This document shows positions 8,660 through 18,090 of a DNA stretch of 64,000 nucleotides, piece by piece. The stretch is taken from IMG/VR virus record IMGVR_UViG_3300033068_000963, positions 32,175 through 96,174 of that record, one strand, 5' to 3'. Numbering within the stretch: position 1 is the first letter of the stretch; every line of letters starts with the position of its first letter. The translations under genes and the position numbers were made by a program. A model generated the notes under the pieces. It searched no databases. It had not been told where the DNA came from and worked only from the letters and a program-made list of their open reading frames with translations. The DNA comes from a virus. Taxonomy: Duplodnaviria > Caudoviricetes.

Positions 8660-10522
8660 ATGGCCAAGGCGAGCCTCGGCAAACTCGACACCCGCCAGCC
8701 GGTGACCGCGGACCTTACGAAGGTTCGCGACATCACTGCGCGAATGAACACGCCGGCCGCTCCGCCGCAGATGTCGGCCGACTTCATCACGCCCATCAAT
8801 GTCCCGCAGCCGAAGGCCTGGCGTCCGAACGCCCTGGCGGTGCTGGACGGGGTTCTCGGCGGCGGCATGACCTTCACCGAGAGCCGCCGGGCCGAAGAGG
8901 ATCGTCACCGCGCCGAGCTGGCCATGCCGCAGATGGAGGCGCTGAAGACCCGCCTGCTGACTGAGCTGGGCAAGGCCGGCCCTGACGAGCTGAAGGCCTA
9001 CCTGACCAACCCGGGCGAGTTCGGGAAGAACATCGCCACGCGCCTGGCCGCCTCCGACCTTGCTGCCGGCTCGTCGCGGGTCTACGGCAACCCCGACCAG
9101 GGCGGGAGCGTCTACACGGCGCCCAAGACCGACACCGCCGCCGGCCAAGCCTTCTCCTATGGTCCGGATGGGGTGAAGGCCCTCGGCGCGGTCCCCTTCG
9201 TCCCCGACTACGTGAACGTGAGCGAGGGCGGTAAGGCGGTCCCGAAGATGCCGATCTTGCCGCCTGGGTTCGGCGGCTCGGCTGATCCGACGGCGGGGCT
9301 GCCGAAGATCGGAGAGGCCCGCCCGGCTTCGGTCGCGCCCTCGTCCAGCGGCCAACCGCGCAGCGTCCGCAACAACAACCCGGGCAACCTCGAAGACGGT
9401 CCGTTCACGCGCTCGCAGCCGGGCTACAAGGGCACGGACGGCCGGTTTGCGATCTTCGAGACCCCAGACGCCGGCCACGCCGCCCAGGTCGCCCTGCTGG
9501 GCTCCTACGGCAAGCGCGGGATCGACAGCGTCGAGGGCATCATCAACCGCTGGGCGCCGCCGACCGAGAACGATACCGGCGCCTATGTGAACTTCGTGGC
9601 TCAGAAGGTCGGCGTCCGGCCGGGCGACAAGATCAACATGGCCGATCCGGCGGTGCTCGGGAAGGTCGCCGAAGCCATTCGCATCTTCGAGGGCGGCCCG
9701 GCTTCGAAGTCGAATGGGCCGGCCGTGGCTGTGGCGGCTCCCGCCTCCGGTGATCCGGCCGGCACGCTCTACGGCGCCGCGAAGGCCAAGCCGCCGCTTG
9801 CCCGGCCCGCCACCGACGCCGAGAAGGCGGTCTACGGCATCCCCTCCAGCGTCCCCGCCCAGATGAAGGCGGACGGCACGGTTGATGTCATTGCGCTGCC
9901 CAAGGGGACGGCGGATATCGAGCGAGACGCGCAGGCCAAGCAAGCTCAGGTTCTCAAGGCCAAAGACATTATCTCGACGGTGGACCACGCCATGTCGATG
10001 ATCGGCAAGGGGGAAGCCGGGTTCGTGGGGGCCAAGATGGCCGAAGTTCCTGGAACCAAGGCTTACGACGTCGCCCGGCAGATCGAGACCATCAAGGCCA
10101 ACCTGGGCTTTCAGGAGCTCGCGGCCATGCGCGCAGCCTCACCGACCGGTGGCGCCCTCGGCGCTATCGCGGTGCAGGAACTTGTCGCCCTGCAGTCGAC
10201 CGTCGCGAACCTCGACATCGGGCAGAGTGAGAGCCAGCTTCGGGGCAACTTGGCCAAAATCAAGGGCCACTATGAGCGCTGGCTGAGCGCCACTCAGGAG
10301 GGGCAGGCTCAGGGCCCCACTCCCGGCCCTGGTCGCGAAAAGGGGTGGTCCAAGGCGCTTCCCGCTCCCCAGGTCGACGCCGCGAAGCGGTTCAAGGGCA
10401 CGAAAGCCCCGGCCGGCGACCCGACGAACCCCTTCGTTCCGCGCAACGCGGCGGAGTTCAAGAACATCCCGCCGGGCAAGTCCTATATCGACGACGACGG
10501 CTCGGTTCAGGTGAAGAGGTAG
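8660..10522 (+). CDS. DNA ejection protein 2 with internal lysozyme-like domain
   Basis: RNNNPGNL..GRFAIF..G..A..II.RWAPP.ENDT.AY motif set at ~9356-9720. Confidence 0.7.
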   Translation: MAKASLGKLDTRQPVTADLTKVRDITARMNTPAAPPQMSADFITPINVPQPKAWRPNALAVLDGVLGGGMTFTESRRAEEDRHRAELAMPQMEALKTRLLTELGKAGPDELKAYLTNPGEFGKNIATRLAASDLAAGSSRVYGNPDQGGSVYTAPKTDTAAGQAFSYGPDGVKALGAVPFVPDYVNVSEGGKAVPKMPILPPGFGGSADPTAGLPKIGEARPASVAPSSSGQPRSVRNNNPGNLEDGPFTRSQPGYKGTDGRFAIFETPDAGHAAQVALLGSYGKRGIDSVEGIINRWAPPTENDTGAYVNFVAQKVGVRPGDKINMADPAVLGKVAEAIRIFEGGPASKSNGPAVAVAAPASGDPAGTLYGAAKAKPPLARPATDAEKAVYGIPSSVPAQMKADGTVDVIALPKGTADIERDAQAKQAQVLKAKDIISTVDHAMSMIGKGEAGFVGAKMAEVPGTKAYDVARQIETIKANLGFQELAAMRAASPTGGALGAIAVQELVALQSTVANLDIGQSESQLRGNLAKIKGHYERWLSATQEGQAQGPTPGPGREKGWSKALPAPQVDAAKRFKGTKAPAGDPTNPFVPRNAAEFKNIPPGKSYIDDDGSVQVKR

Positions 10523-10525
10523 GGC

Positions 10526-12565
10526 ATGGGCACCTTCGCTGAGCTCGACAAGGCCAAGCCGGCTCCGAAGGCGGGCGGGACGTACGCCAAGCTGGACGCC
10601 GCCGGAAAGGCCAAGGTTTTCCAGCCGGTCGAGGACTACGCGGCGAGCGTCGGCGCGGCCTTCAAGGCGGCGGGCGACGAGGGCAAGAAGTTCTGGGACC
10701 GCAACAGTGTCGCCCGGCCCGCGCCTGCGAACCCTGTCGAGTTCGTCAAGCAAGGCGCCGGCGACCAGATGCAGTTGCTGAAGACCATCGGCGCTATGGC
10801 GAACGCGCCCCTGTCTCTGCTGACCGCGATTCCGGATGCACTGGTCGCGGCCCCGGCCGGCCGAGCGATCGCGCGCGGCGCGGAGGCGGCCGGCGTCGGC
10901 GCCTATGATGGAGGCGGCCTGGCAGTCGACGAAACGGGCGTCAGGCTGGCTCCGCTTCGGCGGATGTCGCCCCAAGAGTCGGAAGACGCCATGCGCGGCG
11001 CGATCAACAGCGCGATGATGGCGGCCAGCCCTGCGCGCGGGCTCCCCTTGAAGGCGCGCGTCATGGGCCCCGAGCGCCCGGCGCCTACCCTGCGCCCTGC
11101 GCGAACAGCGCCGGCTATCGAGGTTCAAGCGGGCGCCCCGATGCCGGATGTCGCTGCGGCTCCGACTCGCCCCTCGCTCAAGCCCGACAACGAAGCCCTG
11201 CGATACGTCGAGAAGGTGGTGAAGGCCGGCGCGCCCGATCTCGCGACCCTGAAGACGGCGCCTGATCTGATCACCGGCGCTGAGGCGGTCGGTCAGCCCG
11301 GCAAGGCAGCGCTCGCCAGTCTCAGCCGCCGGGAAGGCGCGACGGGCAATGCGTTGAATGCCGAGGTCTCCACCCGACAACTGGGTCGCCCAGCCCGCAT
11401 ACTTGACGCCTTCGCCGATGCCAGCGGCGTGGCGCCGGAAGCGGCCTCGGGCGACATCCAGGCTCTGGTGACCGCTGGCCGAGCCAAGGCCGCGCCCCTG
11501 TACGCCGAGGCCTATGCCAGCGGCCCGGTCGAGACCCCCGCCTTGCGCGGCCTGCTTCAGCGCCCCTCCGTCAAGAAGGCGATGGGCAACGCGCTCAAGA
11601 TCGCCGCCGAGGAGGATCGCAACCCGGGAGATCTCGGATTCCAAGTCTCGCCAGCGTCGGGCGATATTCCCGAGATGATCACGGTCAAGAGCCCGACGGC
11701 CGAGACCTGGGACCTCGTGAAGCGCGGGCTGGATGATGTGCTCGAGACCTATCGCGACAAGACAACCGGCAAGCTTGTCCTCGATAATGAGGGCAGGGCG
11801 GTCCTGGGCACGCTGAAATCGCTGCGCCAGGAGCTTGTCGACGCCAACCCTGCCTACGGCAAGGCATTGGCCGCGAGTGGCGACTACCTTAGCGCCGACC
11901 AAGCCTTCCTGGGCGCTGGCAAGGACATCTTCAACGCCGGCCTCACGGAAAAGCAGTTCGCCGAGCGCATCGCCAAGATGAGCGCCAGCGATCTGCAGGC
12001 CTATCGCGGAGGCATCGCCAACCGCTTCTACGACCTGGCCCAGACCGGCCGCCTGGACCCGAAGGTGGTCAAGACGCCCCGGGTTCAAGCCAAGCTGCGG
12101 GCCGCGCTGGGCGACCAGGCCGCCGACCAACTTCTCGCCGTCGCGGGCCGAGAGGGCGACATGCTGGCCTTTGAGCGCCGGTATGCGCCTGGCGCGGGCT
12201 CCATCACCGCCGAAATGCAGGCTGCGATGGCGGAGCAGGACTCGGTCGGCCGCGGCGCCCAGATGGCTGGGGATTTCGCTGGCGGCATCGCTCAAGGCCG
12301 GGGCCCGGTTGGCGCCGCGACGGGGGCGATTGGCCGCCAACTTCAAGCGATCCTCGACGCAGTCGGCCCGACCCGAGGCATGTCGGTGGCGGCGCGAGAT
12401 AAGGCTGGTGAGGCGCTGATGCTCCCGCCGGCAGAGCTCGCCAAGGCGATCGAGGCCTATCGGGCTAGTCGCGGCGTCGTCCTGCCAGGCGCTCCGCGAG
12501 CGCGTCAGCTTGCGCCTGCGGTATCCGGCGCTTCGACGTCAGCGCAGCCCAAACGAAAACCATAG
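10526..12565 (+). CDS. DNA ejection protein 3
   Basis: 679 aa, Ala-rich and helical; AKAAPLYAEAY, WDLVKRGLDD and NPAYGKA motifs; last of three large genes. Confidence 0.65.
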   Translation: MGTFAELDKAKPAPKAGGTYAKLDAAGKAKVFQPVEDYAASVGAAFKAAGDEGKKFWDRNSVARPAPANPVEFVKQGAGDQMQLLKTIGAMANAPLSLLTAIPDALVAAPAGRAIARGAEAAGVGAYDGGGLAVDETGVRLAPLRRMSPQESEDAMRGAINSAMMAASPARGLPLKARVMGPERPAPTLRPARTAPAIEVQAGAPMPDVAAAPTRPSLKPDNEALRYVEKVVKAGAPDLATLKTAPDLITGAEAVGQPGKAALASLSRREGATGNALNAEVSTRQLGRPARILDAFADASGVAPEAASGDIQALVTAGRAKAAPLYAEAYASGPVETPALRGLLQRPSVKKAMGNALKIAAEEDRNPGDLGFQVSPASGDIPEMITVKSPTAETWDLVKRGLDDVLETYRDKTTGKLVLDNEGRAVLGTLKSLRQELVDANPAYGKALAASGDYLSADQAFLGAGKDIFNAGLTEKQFAERIAKMSASDLQAYRGGIANRFYDLAQTGRLDPKVVKTPRVQAKLRAALGDQAADQLLAVAGREGDMLAFERRYAPGAGSITAEMQAAMAEQDSVGRGAQMAGDFAGGIAQGRGPVGAATGAIGRQLQAILDAVGPTRGMSVAARDKAGEALMLPPAELAKAIEAYRASRGVVLPGAPRARQLAPAVSGASTSAQPKRKP

Positions 12566-12740
12566 GCCAATAGAGAAGGGCCGCGGAAACCGCGCCGATA
12601 GTGGTCGCCGGGTCCTGCGCCGACGCTGCGATCCAGATCGTCGTGCCGCCGAAGAGCGCGAACGCCAGGATGTGACCCCACGGAATACGCGCGCGGGGCT
12701 CAACCTCTTCGAACTCGGCGTCAATGATCTCTTTGCTCAT
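12465..12740 (-). CDS. Small two-TM membrane protein (antisense moron; candidate superinfection exclusion)
   Basis: Two hydrophobic segments; convergent with and overlapping the end of ejection gene 3. Confidence 0.6.
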   Translation of the reverse strand: MSKEIIDAEFEEVEPRARIPWGHILAFALFGGTTIWIAASAQDPATTIGAVSAALLYWPMVFVWAALTSKRRIPQAQADALAERLAGRRRD

Positions 12741-13051
12741 GGAGCGCAGAACGCCTTAACTTCGCGAGCGAGCGGCAGGTTAGAGCCTGAGAGCGCGACC
12801 CTCACCGCCTCGTCGCATTTGCCTTCGGCCAGCAAGCCCGTCACGACCTTCCGTAGGTCTCGATCAGCGACCGCCGCCCTGTGGTCGCTCGCTGAGCACC
12901 CGACCAGAAACCAGTCTTTGCCGAGGCAGGCGCCTGGCGCTGGCGAGGTCGATTCTCTGGTTTTGCAAGTCGTCGTCCCGATGACGTTCGTATCGCAAAC
13001 CGTCGTCATATCGCCTGCGGCGAGCAGCATCACCAACGCGGTCGCGATCAT
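12737..13051 (-). CDS. Small exported Cys-rich protein (antisense moron)
   Basis: ATG 13051 with GAAGG upstream; signal-like MIATALVMLLAAG; six Cys; ATGA-coupled to the 12465-12740 gene. Confidence 0.6.
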   Translation of the reverse strand: MIATALVMLLAAGDMTTVCDTNVIGTTTCKTRESTSPAPGACLGKDWFLVGCSASDHRAAVADRDLRKVVTGLLAEGKCDEAVRVALSGSNLPLAREVKAFCAP

Positions 13052-13176
13052 CCTTCGTCCCCGGCTTCGGTTTGCTTCTGACCCATGCCGCCCAACATGC
13101 CACGGCCTAGCCCCGGCGTGAACCCACCCAGCCCGCGCCGTCGAGAAGACGCCGCATTCCCTCGAAGGAGCGTCCC

Positions 13177-13404
13177 ATGGATGCGAGCCAAATCCCCACG
13201 AACGCCGTGATCGCCACGCCGAGCGACACCGCGCCCCTCGCTGGCCTCGGCCTGATCTTTGCCGGCGGCCCGTGCGCGGTTGAGACCGACAAGGGCGACA
13301 TCGTGATCCTGCCGGTCGACTTCGCCGGCATCGTGATCCCTCTCCAAATTCGGAGGGTCCGCGACACTGACACGACCGCCACCAGCATTCTGGTGTTCCG
13401 TTGA
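13177..13404 (+). CDS. Small tailspike-associated protein
   Basis: 75 aa; AAGGAG RBS; A..ATPSD...IPLQIRRVR.T.TTAT.I pattern; coupled to the tailspike gene. Confidence 0.6.
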   Translation: MDASQIPTNAVIATPSDTAPLAGLGLIFAGGPCAVETDKGDIVILPVDFAGIVIPLQIRRVRDTDTTATSILVFR

Positions 13405-14861
13405 GTCTAGGCCTCGCCCTCAAGTTCTCCGCTGCCCCCCTCCTCAAGGGTGTGGGGGGTGGCAGGGTCGAGCAACTGCGCGCCTTGATCCTGGCGGGCG
13501 GGGTGACGACCTTGCGCCCGATGGTGGCCATCGGAGACAGCCACACCGACGATACGACGGCGGCCCAATACCTCTGGGACGACCTGCAAGCGGCCTATAA
13601 CAAACCCGGCGAGGGCCTGGAGGGTGTCGCCTCGGCGGCCATCGTGCCGAAGGGCAACAACGGCCAACTCCTCTCCAACTACCTGACCGGAGCGGGTCCC
13701 AACACCTTCGCCGCCGCCATGGCGCTGAACCCATCTGTGGTTGTCCCTTGCTGGCTGACCAACGACGTGCGGCTGGGCGGCCTGGGCCTGACTGTCGAGG
13801 CGGTCACGGCCAACGGCGCGGCGCTGCTGAACCAGCTTATCGCCGACATCAAGACCTCCGTCCCGGATGCGCTGATCGTTCTGCGCATCCCGGCGCCCTA
13901 CCTGACCGTCAACACCGGCGGCCTCAACTACATCCAGGACGGGTCGGGCAACATCAACCCGGCTGGCTTGGCCCAAATCTACACGACCGGCGTTCGCGCG
14001 GCCTACTACGCCGCTGCTGCTGGCAAGCGCAATGTGATGATCTACGACCCGCAATCGCGCCTGTTCGGGGTGACTTCCCCAGTGGCCGTCGGGACCAACT
14101 TCGCCGATCAGATCCACCAGAATCAGGTCGGCTACGAGGCCGAAGCGCAGGACTTCGCCAACTGGGTCGCGGCGGCGGTCCCGTACTCGCAAGCCCTGAC
14201 AGACGCGGCCCTGATCTCCCAGCCCTACACCCCCTGGCTCGCCTACAATCGCGCCGTGGAGGACACGAGCCGGTTCGTGCAGATTTCGTCGGCCTATGCC
14301 GTGACCATCACGGCGCCCAACACCTACGCAGATTTCGGCCCCTCCGTGCCGGATGCAGACCCCACGCTGATCGCGCCCTATGACATCATGGAGCCGACAG
14401 CGTCACAGGTGAGCTTCCGTCTCCCCTCTGGGGCCGCAGCGAGCGCGTCGGCGGCGAACACGCGGGTTACGGGTTTGGCGGCCATCACGGCATCGGCTGT
14501 CGCCAAGACCCACACCAAAGTGTTCCGCCAGACGCGCTCTGGCGACGCGGCCCTGAACGCGGCGCTGGACGCAGCGCGCGCGGGCGGGACCTTCCTGAAG
14601 ACGGGCCGGATCGGCGGCGGCAGCACGAGCTTCATGGATATTGGAGCGTCCAGCCTCACGGCGATCAAGCCGACCGAGACCGCCGCAGCTTGGGTTCCGA
14701 ACATGCTGGCGGGGGACAAGGTATACGTGGAAGGGCGGGGCGGAACGCCGATCACCCTGACCAGCAACTTCGCCGCCTCGGGCTCCAACTGCCGCGTCAC
14801 CGGACTGGCTGGCTTCGACTACTCCACCATCGTGGGCCGCATCGCCATCGTGGTCCGTTAG
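13401..14861 (+). CDS. SGNH/GDSL-hydrolase tailspike (receptor-binding esterase/deacetylase candidate)
   Basis: AIGDSHT (block I), GNNG (II), TND (III), DQIH (V). Confidence 0.75.
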   Translation: MSLGLALKFSAAPLLKGVGGGRVEQLRALILAGGVTTLRPMVAIGDSHTDDTTAAQYLWDDLQAAYNKPGEGLEGVASAAIVPKGNNGQLLSNYLTGAGPNTFAAAMALNPSVVVPCWLTNDVRLGGLGLTVEAVTANGAALLNQLIADIKTSVPDALIVLRIPAPYLTVNTGGLNYIQDGSGNINPAGLAQIYTTGVRAAYYAAAAGKRNVMIYDPQSRLFGVTSPVAVGTNFADQIHQNQVGYEAEAQDFANWVAAAVPYSQALTDAALISQPYTPWLAYNRAVEDTSRFVQISSAYAVTITAPNTYADFGPSVPDADPTLIAPYDIMEPTASQVSFRLPSGAAASASAANTRVTGLAAITASAVAKTHTKVFRQTRSGDAALNAALDAARAGGTFLKTGRIGGGSTSFMDIGASSLTAIKPTETAAAWVPNMLAGDKVYVEGRGGTPITLTSNFAASGSNCRVTGLAGFDYSTIVGRIAIVVR

Positions 14862-15044
14862 ACCCCCACACCCTCACTCAATGTGGGGTCGAGCATAGTC
14901 CGCCCGACGGTGCTGTAACACCGCCGGGCGCGGCCTTCGGGCAGTGAGTCCCTAGACCGACCTCGCGCGAGGCGTCGGCCAGGGACCACGAAAGCTGAGC
15001 CATGAAAACCCCCATCAACAGCCGAGCGAAGTGAGACGCCCGAC

Positions 15045-15368
15045 ATGCTGAGCGAATATCTCCCCATCGGCCTTGCGGCGGTCGCCGCTATCGTCTGGCT
15101 CGTCCGGCTTGAGGGCCGCGTGAATGCTTCCGAGAAGGCCGGCTCCGCCATCGCCGCCACGGGGGAAAAGGCCGACGAAGCCCTGCGTCTCGACATCGTC
15201 GCGATCAAGGCCGCCCAGACCGCCCGCGAGGCCAAGCACGACCAGATGAACGAGAACCTGATCCGGGTGCAGGAGCAGCTCAAGCATCTGACGAGCCTCT
15301 TCGAGCGGCACTTCGTTGAGCCGCAGCCACCATCAAATCCCACCCGGCGCCGGACGCCGCAGTCGTGA
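15045..15368 (+). CDS. Membrane-anchored coiled-coil protein (holin-like)
   Basis: N-terminal TM segment ending WLVRLEGRV; first gene of the lysis region. Confidence 0.55.
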   Translation: MLSEYLPIGLAAVAAIVWLVRLEGRVNASEKAGSAIAATGEKADEALRLDIVAIKAAQTAREAKHDQMNENLIRVQEQLKHLTSLFERHFVEPQPPSNPTRRRTPQS

Positions 15369-15553
15369 CCCTGGCCCCGGTCGAGATGAACTATCTCCCG
15401 GCGGTCTCCAAGCTCCTCCAGGCCCGTTACGAAGAGGCCCGCCGCCTCTGGGTCGCCGAACCCTCAAACGGCCTGCTACCCTATCCCAAGCGGCGCACGT
15501 CGAAGCGCAAGCCGATCCCCGCGACCCTGGACGCGCCAGAGGTCGAGGGATGA
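15365..15553 (+). CDS. Hypothetical protein
   Basis: 62 aa; GTGA/ATGA coupling on both sides. Confidence 0.5.
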   Translation: MTLAPVEMNYLPAVSKLLQARYEEARRLWVAEPSNGLLPYPKRRTSKRKPIPATLDAPEVEG

Positions 15554-16731
15554 GCGCGCCAACTCAGATCGACCCTGGCCTGCTGGACTTCGCCTCACCC
15601 GCCCAGCGCCGGTACTGCGAGGCCATCAACCTGCATGGGTCGGCCCGCGCCGCCGCCCGCGCCCTTGGTGTGGCGCCCAACGCGGTGAGCGGGGCCATCG
15701 AACGGCTTCGCAGGCACGCCGCTGATCGAGGCTACTCCCCAGACCACGACATGACCCGCACCGTTCCCGATGGGTTCAAGGTCCGGGGCGTCTCCACCTA
15801 CTACGACAGCGAGGGCAAGGCGCGCGGCCAGTGGGTCAAGAGCGCAGCGGACGATGAGCGCCGGGCGGAAATGCTGCGCGCCGCGGTTGCCGCGATGGCG
15901 GAGGATCTGCCCCGCGTCGATCCGATCGAGGCCCCGGCCTGGGCCATGGCGTCGCTCGCGAACCTCTACACCATCACCGACTATCACCTCGGAATGTACG
16001 CCTGGGCCAAGGAGAGCGGTTCGGCGTGGGACATCAAGATCGCCGAAAACACCATGCTCTCGGCCTTCACCCACATGGTGACGAGCGCGCCCAAGGCCCG
16101 CCTAGGCATCATCAACATCCAGGGCGACTTCCTCCACACCGACGGCCCGACGCCCGTGACGCCGATGCACGGCCATGTCCTCGACGCCGCCGGTCGATAC
16201 TCCGAAATGGTCGCCGCCGCCGTGCGGGTCCTGCGTCGGGTCATCGACCTGGCCCTGATGCGCCACGAAGCCGTCGAGCTTCTGATCTGCGAGGGCAATC
16301 ACGATCTGTCGGGCTCGATGTGGCTGCGGCACATGTTCTCCGCGCTCTACGAGAACGAGCCCCGCCTGGCCGTGAACGACAGCGAGTTGCCGTTCTACGT
16401 GATCCAGCACGGCCAAACCATGCTGGCTTTCCACCACGGCCATCAGGTGAAGAACGAGGCGCTCCCCCTCCTGTTCGCCGCGCAGTTCCCGAAAATCTGG
16501 GGCGCGACCTCCAAGCGGTACGGGCATTGCGGCCATCGCCACCACACCGACGAAAAAGAGCACGCGGGGATGAAGGTCATCCAGCACCCGACTCTGGCCG
16601 CGCGTGACGCCTACGCGGCGCGGGGCGGCTGGATCGCAGAACGCTCCGCCATCGCCATCACCTACCACGACCGCTTCGGGGCCGTTGGCCGCGTCGAGGT
16701 GACGCCGGAAATGCTGGAGGACGCCGCATGA
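15550..16731 (+). CDS. Calcineurin-like metallophosphoesterase with N-terminal HTH
   Basis: TDYHLG, GDFLH, GNHD, HHGH and GHRH motifs; SARAAARALGV..NAVSGAI HTH; ATG 15550. Confidence 0.8.
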   Translation: MSAPTQIDPGLLDFASPAQRRYCEAINLHGSARAAARALGVAPNAVSGAIERLRRHAADRGYSPDHDMTRTVPDGFKVRGVSTYYDSEGKARGQWVKSAADDERRAEMLRAAVAAMAEDLPRVDPIEAPAWAMASLANLYTITDYHLGMYAWAKESGSAWDIKIAENTMLSAFTHMVTSAPKARLGIINIQGDFLHTDGPTPVTPMHGHVLDAAGRYSEMVAAAVRVLRRVIDLALMRHEAVELLICEGNHDLSGSMWLRHMFSALYENEPRLAVNDSELPFYVIQHGQTMLAFHHGHQVKNEALPLLFAAQFPKIWGATSKRYGHCGHRHHTDEKEHAGMKVIQHPTLAARDAYAARGGWIAERSAIAITYHDRFGAVGRVEVTPEMLEDAA

Positions 16732-16991
16732 CCATCGACGAGTTCAAGAGCCTGATCGGCGACCTCTCCCGGCCCCTGTCGATCATCCTGGCCTCCGCGT
16801 CGGGCTCCGTCGCCACCATCGTCATCGCCTTCAAGGTGACGACGTTCGGGGAGGGCGCGCTGTTCATCGGCGCGGTCTGGACCGGCGTCGTCGGGCTCTA
16901 CACCGCCAAGGCCTGGGAGGTGTCGCGCGCCGGGAAGCAGGCGGCGGACGTGGAGATCGCCAAGACCCAAACCCCAGGACCGGCGCAATGA
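16728..16991 (+). CDS. Holin (2 TM)
   Basis: Two TM segments and a charged C-terminus; immediately before the endolysin. Confidence 0.65.
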   Translation: MTIDEFKSLIGDLSRPLSIILASASGSVATIVIAFKVTTFGEGALFIGAVWTGVVGLYTAKAWEVSRAGKQAADVEIAKTQTPGPAQ

Positions 16992-17398
16992 CCTTCGCCC
17001 TCAGCAAGACCTCGCTCGCCCGCCTCGAGGGTGTGGATCCGCGCCTCGTCGCCATCGTCAAACGCGCGATCCAGATTTCGACGGTGGACTTCATGGTCGT
17101 GGAGGGCGTCCGCACCCTGGCCCGCCAAAAGCAACTCTATGCCCAAGGCCGCACCGTCCCAGGCAAGGTCGTAACGTGGACCCTCAAGTCCCGGCACATT
17201 GACGGGGAGGCGGTCGACCTGCTTCCCGCGCCCTACGACTGGAAGGACCCCAAGGGGTTCGATGCCGTGAACCGCGCCATGATGCAGGCGGCGGATGAGC
17301 TTGGCGTCGGCCTGCGCTGGGGGGCGGATTGGGATCGTGACGGCAAGCCCCGCGAGAAGGGCGAAGGCGACTCTCCGCATTGGGAGCTTGCGGCATGA
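16988..17398 (+). CDS. Endolysin, M15-family (L-Ala-D-Glu-type) peptidase
   Basis: EGVRT..RQ..LYAQGRT, SRHIDGEAVD, WGADW and DSPHWE motifs. Confidence 0.9.
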   Translation: MTFALSKTSLARLEGVDPRLVAIVKRAIQISTVDFMVVEGVRTLARQKQLYAQGRTVPGKVVTWTLKSRHIDGEAVDLLPAPYDWKDPKGFDAVNRAMMQAADELGVGLRWGADWDRDGKPREKGEGDSPHWELAA

Positions 17399-17793
17399 TG
17401 ATCGCCCTCAAGTTCTGGCGTGAAATCCTGATCGCCGCCCTCGTCGCCTCCCTCGCCCTGGCCGGCGCTTTCATCAAGCACCAGGCCGGAAAGATCGGAG
17501 ACCAGCGCGACGCCCTCACAACCGCCGCAGACGCCCTCAGGACGGCTGCTGACGCGATCCGCGACCGAGACGACGCCTTGAGCCTCAACGCCGCTCAGGA
17601 GGCCTCAGACGCCACCCAAACCGCAACCTTCTACCGAGGAGCCGCACGCGATGCGTTCAACGCTGGTTATGCCTCTCGCCCTCGCTGTCCTGGCGAGCCC
17701 GCTCCTGTCGGGGTGCAGCCTGATCTCCGGGCGCTCTGGTCCGCAGGCGCCATCCCCGGTTCCGCTGGTCTGCCCGGCAAGCCTCGCGGCTGA
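17395..17793 (+). CDS. Inner-membrane spanin (Rz-like)
   Basis: N-terminal TM segment plus coiled coil; overlaps the lipoprotein gene. Confidence 0.7.
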   Translation: MMIALKFWREILIAALVASLALAGAFIKHQAGKIGDQRDALTTAADALRTAADAIRDRDDALSLNAAQEASDATQTATFYRGAARDAFNAGYASRPRCPGEPAPVGVQPDLRALWSAGAIPGSAGLPGKPRG

Positions 17794-17962
17794 AATCCCC
17801 GCCGAGCCCCTGCCTCCCGAGGGTATCGACCCCTCAACCCTCCCGCCCGCTCTGTCGGCGTTCCTGTGGGGCGAGTGGGTTCCGTGGTCCAGGGCCAACG
17901 CCCATCGGCTGGGGCAGGCTCAGAGATGGTGCATCGGCAAGACGCATCCTCCTGACGGCTAG
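17651..17962 (+). CDS. Outer-membrane spanin (Rz1-like lipoprotein)
   Basis: Lipobox LLSGC; Pro-rich; overlaps the Rz-like gene in another frame. Confidence 0.7.
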   Translation: MRSTLVMPLALAVLASPLLSGCSLISGRSGPQAPSPVPLVCPASLAAEIPAEPLPPEGIDPSTLPPALSAFLWGEWVPWSRANAHRLGQAQRWCIGKTHPPDG

Positions 17963-18057
17963 TGAAAGGCAGAGGGACGTTCCGCGTTCCACTGGCTTGC
18001 TAATGAAAGGCAGGCCTTCACCACCCCCAGCGTTGAGCCTTAGCGGCTCCGCTTGAT

Positions 18058-18090
18058 AGGCCCCTCGGTTCACGCCGGGGGGCCTTCTTC
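18058..18090. terminator. Terminator hairpin between the convergent late and early operons
   Basis: AGGCCCCTCGG-ttcacg-CCGGGGGGCCT hairpin. Confidence 0.7.

Larger units (their letters stand above)
1..18090 (+). mobile_element. Phage module A: virion morphogenesis and lysis genes of a P22-coat-type podovirus (5' part lies outside the window)
   Basis: Contiguous + strand operon: coat, adaptor, nozzle, three ejection proteins, tailspike, holin/endolysin/spanins, terminator. Confidence 0.9.

Noticed and set aside
7697-12346. Very long minus-strand ORFs (763 aa and 735 aa; likewise 29078-30538, 34448-35689, 40132-41445)
   Set aside because: Antisense shadows of high-GC genes; no motifs, and fully overlapped by convincing + strand genes
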